Positions 53,823-62,958 of a DNA stretch of 64,000 nt are shown in pieces (positions within the stretch are counted from its first letter, which is position 1; each line of letters starts with the position of its first letter). The notes under the pieces are model-generated. The model was not told where the DNA came from, did not search any database, and saw only the letters and a program-made list of their open reading frames with translations. This stretch comes from Nitrospirota bacterium (lineage in GTDB: Bacteria > Nitrospirota > Thermodesulfovibrionia > Thermodesulfovibrionales > Dissulfurispiraceae). The position numbers and the translations under genes were made by a program. Where the stretch lies: the NCBI GenBank assembly GCA_963710375.1, contig CAVPZX010000002.1:480001-544000 (forward strand). Direction: 5' to 3'.

Positions 53823-55703
53823 CTAGAACGACATCCTTACCCCTCCCTCCACCCAGCGGTGGGGGTTTCTGTACAAACCGATAGCATATTGGTCGCCGTT
53901 AAATATATTGTTTACTGCAAAGAATCCCTCCCAGACAACCCACTTGTTTCTTGCCAATACTTTTGATATATTGGCATCCACGATTAGGGCATTATAATTG
54001 CCGCCATTTGAAGCTTCAGAGGTCCACCAGATGTAGTGTCCCTTCACCAATGCTTTCAGGGAATCCCTATCATCGTATTTCAGTCCAAAATCGTACGTAC
54101 ATGTAGGCGTATTCAGGATAATGGAATTGGTGTTGATATTACGGGCCCCGATAAAAGAGGCGCCTGCTGTAAGGGAGATATTATAGATTGGCGTTGTGCT
54201 GATCTCGGATTCTATGCCTTGCCGCCTGTCCTTGTCCCTGTTGACTAACACCGATGTGGTGGAAGTCACAGGCTCTAAGGCAATGGCATTGCTGACTATG
54301 TGGTGGAACATCATCACCTTCAAATTCGTGAAAGGGATAACTGTGGTCTCAATCCCGGCCTGGTAGGAAGTGACCCCCTCAACTTTGAGATTAGGGTTTG
54401 AAATGATAGAACTGCCATTGCCATATGTGTAAGACAACGGGGGCACATTAAACCCCCTGGCAGCATCCGCGCGCAGAAGGAAAACATCGCTAAACTTGTA
54501 TGTCGCGCCGAATGAAGGGCTTATAAAATCGCCGTTGGTGTTGGTGTAGTCATATCGAAGGCCGGGCGTAACAGTAAGACGGGGAACTGCCGTGATAGAA
54601 TCATTTACGAACACGGCGGCCTTGTCAAGGCCCTTCTTAAGACCTGATACGCCATTCGAACGAAGTATGCCGGAGTCATAATCACTGCCAAAAACAACAT
54701 TATGGACATCGGATTTCCAATTAGCTTTAATGGTACCCCCTATATCGGTATCATTGAAGTAATTTCTCAGAATATCCTGACCCGATGAAATGAGGGAATA
54801 GTCCTGGTGGCGCTGCTGCTTCAAGGCATGCAGGGCGAGGCTGAAATCGATACTGTCGGCCACTTTTGTATTGAATGACAGAGACGAACGCAGGTAAGTG
54901 AAAGCGTCTCCAATATCCAGTCCGTCTGGTTGATCTTCCAGGATGCCGCGGCTTCCCTCAGTGTAGCTCAAGCTAAGGACCACATCAGAGACGCCTTCAT
55001 GATAACTTAATTTTGTGAAAACATTGTTATTCTCAGTTGCATTGTTCAGCCTGAACCCGTCTGATACAAAGCGGCCGGCGTAAAAATAGTAGCCGAATTG
55101 CGAGAGCCTGCCATATATTTCGGCCCGCGAATCGTTAGTGGTGCGTTCCCCGTACATAATGTCAAGCTCGCCTTTCGCTTTCTTTGTGGTGTCAGCCGAC
55201 TTTGTTATGATGTTGATAATTCCACCAAGAGCAGAGCCCCACGCCGATGATGCAGGCCCCTTGATGATCTCGATACGCTCGATATTTTGAACAGGGATCG
55301 CAGCTATGTCAGCAGTGTTATCCGATAAATTATTGATAATCACACCGTCTATTGCTACAGTGACGTGCCTCGAATCAGAGCCCTGCAAAGACACTGATGC
55401 AATACTGCCGGGCCCTCCCGTAACCAGGACCTGCACACCTGTTATGTTATTAAGCACATCGACGAGAGTATGCGCCCCTGACAGTTTAATGTCCTCAGCG
55501 GTAATAACAGTCACATTCTCGGCTGTCTGTGACAGCGGTTTGGATGATCTTGTAGCGGTTACAACAGACTGGTCACTAAACATGCTGACAAAGGCCTTTT
55601 CCTGCTCGTCGTCAGTCTGCGCTAATACATGCATCGGAAGACCTATATGAAGCACTAATAATAAAAAGAGCGAAAGGGTAAAAGGCGACACACCCGACTC
55701 CAT
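53823..55703 (-). CDS. TonB-dependent outer-membrane receptor (start uncertain, 55691-55820)
   Basis: Plug VVTATRS, TVITAEDI, IERIEIIKGP.S.AWG..LGGIINIIT; GLRYD, NPNLK.E; terminal Phe. Confidence 0.92.
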   Translation of the reverse strand: MESGVSPFTLSLFLLLVLHIGLPMHVLAQTDDEQEKAFVSMFSDQSVVTATRSSKPLSQTAENVTVITAEDIKLSGAHTLVDVLNNITGVQVLVTGGPGSIASVSLQGSDSRHVTVAIDGVIINNLSDNTADIAAIPVQNIERIEIIKGPASSAWGSALGGIINIITKSADTTKKAKGELDIMYGERTTNDSRAEIYGRLSQFGYYFYAGRFVSDGFRLNNATENNNVFTKLSYHEGVSDVVLSLSYTEGSRGILEDQPDGLDIGDAFTYLRSSLSFNTKVADSIDFSLALHALKQQRHQDYSLISSGQDILRNYFNDTDIGGTIKANWKSDVHNVVFGSDYDSGILRSNGVSGLKKGLDKAAVFVNDSITAVPRLTVTPGLRYDYTNTNGDFISPSFGATYKFSDVFLLRADAARGFNVPPLSYTYGNGSSIISNPNLKVEGVTSYQAGIETTVIPFTNLKVMMFHHIVSNAIALEPVTSTTSVLVNRDKDRRQGIESEISTTPIYNISLTAGASFIGARNINTNSIILNTPTCTYDFGLKYDDRDSLKALVKGHYIWWTSEASNGGNYNALIVDANISKVLARNKWVVWEGFFAVNNIFNGDQYAIGLYRNPHRWVEGGVRMSF

Positions 55704-55841
55704 CGAAAGTGACGTTGAAATCATTAATATGATACATGTTCCCCACCGTAAAAGTATATGTACTCTTTTTTTAAAAAACTGTACAGTCAAACCCCTTATT
55801 TTACAGCAAAATTCCACCACTTTTAACCATATTAATAGTTA

Positions 55842-55889
55842 TTTTATAACACATCGAATGTCCATCTGGATATTACCCGAAAGTAGCAT
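55842..55889 (-). promoter_or_regulatory. Conserved 18-bp box plus extended -10 (copy 2), upstream of the TonB receptor operon
   Basis: ATTACCCGAAAGTAGCAT at 55872-55889; TGTTATAAAA on the minus strand at 55851-55842. Confidence 0.7.
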
Positions 55890-55910
55890 GCCAAATAAGA
55901 TTTAACATCC

Positions 55911-55958
55911 ATAGTACTTTAGGGTAATTGTTTTCCATACTGAAAACCTGTTATATGT
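55911..55958 (+). promoter_or_regulatory. Conserved 18-bp box plus extended -10 (copy 3), driving the divergent small gene
   Basis: ATAGTACTTTAGGGTAAT at 55911-55928 (reverse complement ATTACCCTAAAGTACTAT); TGTTATATGT at 55949-55958. Confidence 0.68.
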
Positions 55959-56046
55959 TAACAAACCGGCAAATGATGGGAACTGCCGGATAATGGGCAT
56001 TTCGAGAAACGAGCAAAAACCGGGTATTAAGTTTGAGGAGGTTCTC

Positions 56047-56211
56047 ATGATAGTTGAAAGGGTATTAAACGACATTCCAGACAGTGATGTGGCTCAGGTA
56101 GTAATTAATATTGAGAGTGAAGGTTGCAGTGCAATTAAGATACAACAAGCAGATGGAAATTGGACAATAATAGCTACCTGTCCAGTAAATCAGCATCCAA
56201 CAACGCGCTGA
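56047..56211 (+). CDS. 54-aa hypothetical protein
   Basis: GAGGAGGT RBS before ATG 56047; MIVERVLNDIPDSDVAQVV...GNWTIIATCP. Confidence 0.7.
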   Translation: MIVERVLNDIPDSDVAQVVINIESEGCSAIKIQQADGNWTIIATCPVNQHPTTR

Positions 56212-56347
56212 AGATAGCTGACCACTATATGATATGTCTTTTACCGGAACACTGCTGCTTTTTTGCTATTGGGATTAGTTGGTTTGATTACCACCGCCAG
56301 CACCAATAATCTGATTATAAATCTATACAATTTCAGCTTTCCCTTAA

Positions 56348-56384
56348 CGCTGAAAACCGCGTGACCCGTATGCGGTTTTCAGCG
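56348..56384. terminator. Hairpin after sodC
   Basis: CGCTGAAAACCGC ... GCGGTTTTCAGCG; weak U-tract. Confidence 0.55.
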
Positions 56385-56397
56385 CTGCTACCGAATA

Positions 56398-56919
56398 TTA
56401 TTTAATGACACCGCAGGCAACACGGTCACCACCGCCGCCAAGTTTTTGAGGGCTGTCGGAGTAATTGTCGCCGCCGGCGTGTATCATAAGCGCGCGGCCC
56501 TTGAGATCATCTAATTTCAGGCGCGGAGCAAGCACCGGTAGAGTCGCATTCCCCATGGCATCGACACAGAGCGCCGGGAGATCGCCGAGGTGTCCCTCTC
56601 CATAAGGGCCCTCATGTTTGCCCGTTCCGGCAGGGTCATAGTGGCCGCCTGCAGCCATGCCGACCATTTTTTTGCCGTCTTTTTCGACCATACCGCAATC
56701 AGCGTTTTGATGCACATGGAAACCGTGCAAGCCGGGGGTAAGACCGCTCAGTTTGGGACTGAAAATAATGCCGTAAGGACTTTCAGACGCGGTCACCGTA
56801 CCTATAGGCTTGCCGATCCCCCCGCTGTCGATCAGATTAACCTGGATCACCATATCTGCCGCGTAAGCCGAAACAATACCCAGAAGCAAACAGAGCACAA
56901 TCAATAACACTGTCTTCAT
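56398..56919 (-). CDS. sodC: Periplasmic Cu/Zn superoxide dismutase
   Basis: [36 protein letters not shown]; signal peptide. Confidence 0.95.
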   Translation of the reverse strand: MKTVLLIVLCLLLGIVSAYAADMVIQVNLIDSGGIGKPIGTVTASESPYGIIFSPKLSGLTPGLHGFHVHQNADCGMVEKDGKKMVGMAAGGHYDPAGTGKHEGPYGEGHLGDLPALCVDAMGNATLPVLAPRLKLDDLKGRALMIHAGGDNYSDSPQKLGGGGDRVACGVIK

Positions 56920-57031
56920 AATTATACCCTCCTTTTTTTCGCCCTTGCGTGTTATAAGGCGCTCTTTGACAATTGTACAGCAATCCCGGGACGAAATCTA
57001 TTCAGCTGGTTGCCTCATCAAAAAAAATCAT

Positions 57032-58201
57032 TCAGCTCGCCCTCAAGGCATCCACAATATTCATGCGTGACGCCCTGACAGCCGGCAGCACACCGCCCAC
57101 GAAACCCATTATAAGCGAAAAAAACATGGACTGATAAATGATCTTTATAGTCAGTGAGAAGGAGAAAGCAAGCTCTGAAAAGGTTTGGAAATTCATGGTT
57201 GAAATCGTAATTAGCTGCATAAAAGAAGCGAAAAACAGCCCTATGCAACCGCCGGCAAGGCCTAGCAGCAGGGATTCCATGAGAAAGGCAGTTAGGATAT
57301 TGCGCCTTTGAAAACCGAGGGCCCTCAATGTGCCGATTTCATTGGTCCTGTTCGCCACCGCAGCATACATGGTTATCATTGCGCCGATTGTGGCCCCTGT
57401 CGAAAATATGATTGTTAGCGAGAGCCCCAGAACTCTGAGAAACTTCGCCATAACCCTGGATTGCTCTTCATAATACACACTCTCCCTTTTCACCTCGACA
57501 GTCATGCGTGGATCATTCTCGAGGCGTAACTTAATCTTGTCGAAATCCGCGGGATCACTCAACTTAAATGTAACCGAGGAATAGACAGGCCTGCGAAAGG
57601 CTTGCATGAGCTGGTCCACATCTCCCCATATTTCGGAGCTGAAACCGGTGTTTCCTGCGTCGAATATGCCTACGACATTCCAGTCCCGCATGCCGAAACG
57701 GAGTGTTTCGCCAAGGCCTCCTCCCTTGAACCTCCTGGCTATACTTTGTCCAGCCATGATTTCTGAGGAGCCCGGTCGCGGCATGCTCCCTGCCGCGAGT
57801 TTTACCTGTGGTCTCAGCAAGAGTGAATTTTCAGTTGTCCCCCTTATAACAACATTGGACGGTTTGTTGCTGCCGCGTTTAGGAAGGTTTATAAGCACAA
57901 CCAATTCCCTGGCAACCAGGCGGTTGCCGTTCACCCCTATGGCTATTTCAGGCTGCGTCTCGACTATGGAAGCGGAAAGTCTGTCAATCCCGCTCTGCAC
58001 CTCGGAATCTGACCCTTTTCTGATAACTATGCAATTGTCATAGGAGCCCGTATTTACAAGGGTTTTCTTCAGCCCCTCGGCAAGCATCAATATGGAAGCA
58101 AAAACAAATACCACAAGCGCCATGCCTAATATCGTAAGCACATTCGTCAGCCTTCGCGTCCAGAGGTTGCGGATACTGTATGAAAAAGGGATTCTCCCCA
58201 T
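57032..58201 (-). CDS. ABC exporter permease (MacB/FtsX type)
   Basis: One TM, large periplasmic domain, RTNEIGTLRALGF, PAVRASR. Confidence 0.9.
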   Translation of the reverse strand: MGRIPFSYSIRNLWTRRLTNVLTILGMALVVFVFASILMLAEGLKKTLVNTGSYDNCIVIRKGSDSEVQSGIDRLSASIVETQPEIAIGVNGNRLVARELVVLINLPKRGSNKPSNVVIRGTTENSLLLRPQVKLAAGSMPRPGSSEIMAGQSIARRFKGGGLGETLRFGMRDWNVVGIFDAGNTGFSSEIWGDVDQLMQAFRRPVYSSVTFKLSDPADFDKIKLRLENDPRMTVEVKRESVYYEEQSRVMAKFLRVLGLSLTIIFSTGATIGAMITMYAAVANRTNEIGTLRALGFQRRNILTAFLMESLLLGLAGGCIGLFFASFMQLITISTMNFQTFSELAFSFSLTIKIIYQSMFFSLIMGFVGGVLPAVRASRMNIVDALRAS

Positions 58202-59359
58202 TTAGCCTATACTCCTCAGTCCGTCAGCTATACGTATGTGTACGCAACGCCAGGCCGGCACAATAGCAGCGACCACCCCAACCAGCAGCGCGGCTGCGAT
58301 ATCCATATAAATAGTTGTGGTTGCCACATTGAACACCGGGAAATAGTCGCCCATGGCCTCGCCGAACGCCTTAGCAACAGGAAATGTGGCTGCAATGCCT
58401 GCTGCGCCGCCTATAATAGCGATGACGATTGATTCTCCAAATATCAGGCCGGCCAGGTGCGATCCGCCGAACCCGAGTGCTTTAAATACTGCATATTCCC
58501 CAAGCCGCTCGCGGGCATTCATAGCCATTGTATTAGCCATAACAGCCATGATTATAATGATTACCACAAAGGACACTAACTGGATAGCAACGACTATAGC
58601 CTCCGACATGGAGATAAACCCCAGCGCGAAAGCCTTTTCCGTTTCGGTCAATGTTTCTGCAAGTGAGTTTTTGAACATTTTATCTACTGTCTGTGAGACC
58701 TCGGCTGCAAGGCCGGGGTTTTTAATACCGATCAAATAGAAACCGACCTGATCTGCTCTGAGCGACGCAGTTTTTTTGAGTGATTCATTGAGATAATCCC
58801 AGTGGAACAGGAATTCCGTTTCATCAGTGCTTTTTTCCCTGCCGTGATAAATGGCACGCAGCACAAATTCCCAGTTGCCTGGGAAGATGGTACCCTTCAG
58901 CGTAATCGTATCACCTATTTTCCAGTGGTATTTCTCTGCGATTTTTCGGCCGGCGACCGCGGCCTTGCGGTCCCGGACAAAAGCCTCCTGCTGGTCAGGG
59001 GGGATCAAAAACTCGGGGACCAGCGCGAGATAGCTTTTAGGTTCTACAGCGAAATTAGGGAAAAAGTGTTTCTCGTCAATGTAAATACCGCCAAACCAGT
59101 TTGCACGTGCCACGGTTTTCACTCCCTGTACATGGCTAATCTGTTCCTCATACGAGAGGGGAAGCGTAAAGACCAGTGAGATCGCATTCCTTGTTACAAG
59201 ACGGGTCGCCGAAGAGGCCTCAACTCCTGCATACCAGGCGCTTACAACTGTCCTGAGAAGACCGAAGGCAAGTATGGCGACAGTGATGCCGACAATAGTG
59301 AGCCATGTCCGGAGTTTGTGACGAAAAGCGTTCTTAAAAATGAGCTTCAGGATGAACAT
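58202..59359 (-). CDS. ABC exporter permease (MacB/FtsX type)
   Basis: RHKLRT.LT, RER..E.AV.KALGF, PAWR. Confidence 0.9.
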   Translation of the reverse strand: MFILKLIFKNAFRHKLRTWLTIVGITVAILAFGLLRTVVSAWYAGVEASSATRLVTRNAISLVFTLPLSYEEQISHVQGVKTVARANWFGGIYIDEKHFFPNFAVEPKSYLALVPEFLIPPDQQEAFVRDRKAAVAGRKIAEKYHWKIGDTITLKGTIFPGNWEFVLRAIYHGREKSTDETEFLFHWDYLNESLKKTASLRADQVGFYLIGIKNPGLAAEVSQTVDKMFKNSLAETLTETEKAFALGFISMSEAIVVAIQLVSFVVIIIIMAVMANTMAMNARERLGEYAVFKALGFGGSHLAGLIFGESIVIAIIGGAAGIAATFPVAKAFGEAMGDYFPVFNVATTTIYMDIAAALLVGVVAAIVPAWRCVHIRIADGLRSIG

Positions 59360-60038
59360 TTAATACACCTTTTTCCAGATGCTTTATTACATGGGCCTTT
59401 TCAGCAGCTCGAGGGTCGTGCGTTACCATGACGATAGTCTTGCCTGACTCGGCATTGAGGCGTTCCATCAAATCAAGTATCTCTCGTGCGGAAACACGGT
59501 CAAGATCACCTGTCGGCTCATCGGCCACTAGTATGGCCGGGTCGGTTATTACGGCACGTGCTATGGCTACGCGCTGCTGCTGACCGCCGGAGAGCTGTCC
59601 CGGGTAGTGGTCCATCCTGTCGGCAAGACCTACTATTGAAAGAGCGACTTCCGCATGTTCGCGCCGCTCACTTCGCGAGAGCCCGGTCAACAGAAGCGGC
59701 AACGCAACATTCTCGAAAGCGGTAAGAACCGGGATAAGATTGTAAAACTGAAAGATAAAACCCACATTGTCAGCCCGCCAGCGTGCAAGCTCAGTTTCGG
59801 TCAGAGTCGTTATATCGATAGCTCCCACTTTGATAGTACCGCTGTCAGCCTTGTCAATGCCGGCAATAAGATTGAGCAGGGTGCTCTTGCCGGAGCCTGA
59901 CGGTCCCATAAGAGCCAGGAACTCGCCGTCTTTGATATCAAATGTGAGGTCGTTCAGCACAGGCACTATTTGGGAGCCTTTATGGTATGATTTGCTCAGA
60001 TTCTGTATTTCAACAATCGGCCGTGGTTCTGCTTCCAT
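59334..60038 (-). CDS. ABC transporter ATP-binding protein (LolD/MacB type)
   Basis: GPSGSGKST, LSGGQQQRV, ADEPTG.LD, VTHD. Confidence 0.95.
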   Translation of the reverse strand: MEAEPRPIVEIQNLSKSYHKGSQIVPVLNDLTFDIKDGEFLALMGPSGSGKSTLLNLIAGIDKADSGTIKVGAIDITTLTETELARWRADNVGFIFQFYNLIPVLTAFENVALPLLLTGLSRSERREHAEVALSIVGLADRMDHYPGQLSGGQQQRVAIARAVITDPAILVADEPTGDLDRVSAREILDLMERLNAESGKTIVMVTHDPRAAEKAHVIKHLEKGVLNVHPEAHF

Positions 60039-61256
60039 CTATTTTTCTACAACTTTTATCTTCGTGCCGTTTCTTAATCCGGACGGCGGATTGGCTGCTA
60101 ATTTGTCCCCTGCCTGTACTCCTCCGGTCACCTCCAGCATATCGCCTCTCTTCGCGCCGATCGTTACCGGAGTCTCTATCGCCCGGTTGCCCCTGATAAT
60201 AAAAACAACCTTTCGATCAGAACGGCTTACAACGGATGCAGGGTTAAGGGCGGTGAACGGCGTTTGCTCATCCCGTCCTGCCGGCCTGGAGAGAAATGCG
60301 ACTTTCGCGCTCATTTCCGGCAATATGCGTTTGTCCTCGTCAATAAAACGCACCTTCACCAATACGGTCGCCTTGCTCCGGTCAGCGGTAGGGACAACCG
60401 TGCTGACCTCTCCCCTGAAGCGGGATTCCGGCAATGCATCGAGCTGAAGCACGCACGGCTGTCCCACCCTGACCTGCTGCAGGTTGGATTCCGATACATC
60501 AGCCTCCACTTCGAGAGAACTCATATCAGCAATAGTTACCACTGCGGCCTTCGCATTTACGGCAGCACCTATCGGAGTAACGATATCACCTACATCGGCA
60601 TCTTTCGTTAAAACCACAGCATCAAAAGGTGCGCGTATCAGCGTGTATTCAATAGCAACGTTCGCGCCGTTGAGCGTAGCGATTGCAGCCTTGATGGCAG
60701 CTTCAGCACCTTCCACCGCAGCCTTTGCCTTCTTGTATCGAGCTTCAGCAGTATCATAGTCAGCCTGGGCCACGTACCCTTTTGACAGAAGATCCCGCTC
60801 TCTGTTCAGCTCGAGCGTTGCATCATTCAATTCCGCCTTCGCCTGTTCAAGGTTTGAGCGGGCAACATTAAGATTGGCAGCAGCCTGGTTCTTTTGAGCA
60901 GTAACGTCCTCGTTCTCGAGTCGTGCGATAAGCTGACCTTTTTTCACTACACTACCTTCCTGAACACCCAGCCATACCAGTGTGCCGGTGACCTTTGAAG
61001 CAACAGCAGCTTTGCGTTGGGCCACTACATAGCCGCTTGCATTTAAAAGCGTAAAGGCCTGAGATGGATACATCTTTGACACTGTCACCGCCTCTACTTC
61101 CACCGACGGGGTAAGAGCTCCCTGAAAATAGAGGAACAACAATACAAAAAGCACAACCACAGCTGCTATCAGGGCAGGAGGAATCCTGCGCCGTGAGCGT
61201 CGGGGCGTTTCAGCAACCTTTTGTATCTTCAATTTTGAGAGATCTTCCTGCGCCAT
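60039..61256 (-). CDS. Efflux periplasmic adaptor (MacA/HlyD type)
   Basis: N-terminal TM, ASGYV, V.EG..V.KGQ, alpha-hairpin, IRAPFD. Confidence 0.92.
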   Translation of the reverse strand: MAQEDLSKLKIQKVAETPRRSRRRIPPALIAAVVVLFVLLFLYFQGALTPSVEVEAVTVSKMYPSQAFTLLNASGYVVAQRKAAVASKVTGTLVWLGVQEGSVVKKGQLIARLENEDVTAQKNQAAANLNVARSNLEQAKAELNDATLELNRERDLLSKGYVAQADYDTAEARYKKAKAAVEGAEAAIKAAIATLNGANVAIEYTLIRAPFDAVVLTKDADVGDIVTPIGAAVNAKAAVVTIADMSSLEVEADVSESNLQQVRVGQPCVLQLDALPESRFRGEVSTVVPTADRSKATVLVKVRFIDEDKRILPEMSAKVAFLSRPAGRDEQTPFTALNPASVVSRSDRKVVFIIRGNRAIETPVTIGAKRGDMLEVTGGVQAGDKLAANPPSGLRNGTKIKVVEK

Positions 61257-61341
61257 TGTCAGTTATTATATCAAAGGTTATAGATAATTAGGTTACCTAT
61301 TGCCTATTGTCAACCGGACACTGTCTATATATTTGATAACT

Positions 61342-61370
61342 TGTAACCTTTCCGAAGAAATCTACGACTA
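61342..61370 (+). promoter_or_regulatory. Putative ECF-sigma autoregulatory promoter
   Basis: TGTAAC-17 bp-CGACTA upstream of the ECF sigma gene. Confidence 0.55.
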
Positions 61371-61557
61371 AAATATCAAGAAGCAAGGCAAAGCATAACA
61401 AAAACAGGTGTCCCCCTGGTTGAGCCAGGAGGGAGGAGGTGTTTTTCCTGGCGGCCATGAATGCCCGGTTGCTGATATTTGTCCTATGAGTTATGGTACA
61501 GTGAAAACAGAGGGATTACAACAATCTTTCTCATTATTCCTAGGGGTGCAGCATACA

Positions 61558-62152
61558 TTGGACGATCGGAACGACAATGAGATAATCAAAAGCATTTTGA
61601 GCGGTAACACAGACGAATTCGAAGTTATTTTAAAGCGGTATGATCAATATATATTTAATATTATATCAAAGCATTTACCACGGGAAATGGTTGAGGAGGC
61701 GGCCCATGAAGTCTTTATCCGGATTTATAAGGCGCTGCCTTCGTTCAGGGCCGAGGCACCTTTTAAGTATTGGATCTCTAGGATAGCCGAGAGATACTGC
61801 TATGATTATTGGAGAGAACATTACAAATCGAAAGAGATGCCCATGGCCTCAGCTGACGGATGATCACAGCCAATGGGTTGAGACAGTCATATCAGAGCAA
61901 TCGCAGAAATATTTTGAAAAGGAACAGCTGCTAAAGGAATCAAAAGAGGTACTGCAGTGGGCCCTTAATAAGTTGACAGCAGAGGATAGGATGGTAATAA
62001 CATTGCTATACTTGCAAGAACTTTCGGTAAAAGAAGCTGCCGATCTCCTGGGGTGGAGCATTATCAATGTTAAAGTGAGAGCCCACCGTTCACGGAACAA
62101 ACTTCGCAAGATAATATCGTCATTGTTAGGGCGGGAAGGGGGCCACCAATGA
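61558..62152 (+). pseudogene. ECF RNA polymerase sigma factor, frameshifted near 61850 (pseudogene or sequencing error)
   Basis: Region 2 (EEAAHEVFIRIY..L..F...FKYWI.RIA) in ORF 61408-61863 and region 4 (L..EDR..I.L...ELSVKE.A..LG.S...VKVR.HR) in ORF 61802-62152; removing one base joins them. Confidence 0.85.
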
Positions 62153-62469
62153 AACCACATGATGAAAAAGTAGAGAAAATCGAAAAGGCATTGAAATCCG
62201 CTTACAGAAATAGCGGCCAGATTCGAGTGAACCCCGAATGGGAAAGAGAGGTCATGTACCATATCCTTAGTCTCCCCGCAACCCCGTTGCGTACTATTAC
62301 CATATGGGATGGCCCCGCTATGTGGAGAACAGCAACAGCGGTCAGCATAAGTGCGCTTATTTTGCTATTCTTCACGTTCATTAACAATATCGGCCCTGAA
62401 TTTGAGGCAGCACGTTTAATGCTTGAAGATCCTTCGGGATTTACATTTGCTCAGCTTTTGTTCCCATAA
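62149..62469 (+). CDS. Putative membrane-anchored anti-sigma factor
   Basis: Translationally coupled to the ECF sigma; single TM helix. Confidence 0.65.
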   Translation: MKPHDEKVEKIEKALKSAYRNSGQIRVNPEWEREVMYHILSLPATPLRTITIWDGPAMWRTATAVSISALILLFFTFINNIGPEFEAARLMLEDPSGFTFAQLLFP

Positions 62470-62504
62470 GACAGGCAATAGGTCATGGGTAAAAGGAGTT
62501 AACT

Positions 62505-62906
62505 ATGAAAGCATGGAAAACCTGGTTGGTAATAGTAGCCGTATTCGTCTCAGGGGTTATCATAGGCGCCGCTGCCGGGGGATTATATATGAAGCACAGA
62601 ATCGGCGGTATCCTTCATGGGGGCCTGCCGGCTATGCGGAAGGTTATCATGAAAAATCTGACTGCTGAATTAAACCTGACAGCCGACCAGCAGGATGAGA
62701 TAGAAGAAATCGTAGAGGAAACGCAATTACAGCTCCAGCAGCTTCGTGCCCAATACCGTCCCAAAATGGAAGCCATAGTCAACACAGGCGTTGCCACTAT
62801 GAAGACAAGACTTTCAGAAGAGCAGCAAAAGAAACTGGACGCACTCTATGCGAAAGTGAAAAAACGCTGGAGCATGAGAAGAAGCATGGGAGAGAGTGAA
62901 CATTAG
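62505..62906 (+). CDS. Periplasmic helical protein (Spy/CpxP/heavy-metal-sensor-like)
   Basis: N-terminal TM; ELNLTADQQ and RLSEEQQ LTxxQ-type motifs; third gene of the ECF module. Confidence 0.75.
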   Translation: MKAWKTWLVIVAVFVSGVIIGAAAGGLYMKHRIGGILHGGLPAMRKVIMKNLTAELNLTADQQDEIEEIVEETQLQLQQLRAQYRPKMEAIVNTGVATMKTRLSEEQQKKLDALYAKVKKRWSMRRSMGESEH

Positions 62907-62958
62907 ACATATGTCTCTTTTCTCTTGCTTTTGCACCCTTTTTGTTTCATAATTTTGC

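Noticed and set aside
53661..53966. 101-aa plus-strand ORF between rSAM and TonB receptor
   Set aside because: Antisense to the operon; the minus-strand 29-aa ORF has the RBS and the context
61840..61863. Programmed frameshift in the ECF sigma gene
   Set aside because: No slippery heptamer or homopolymer at the junction; a single-base indel is the simpler explanation
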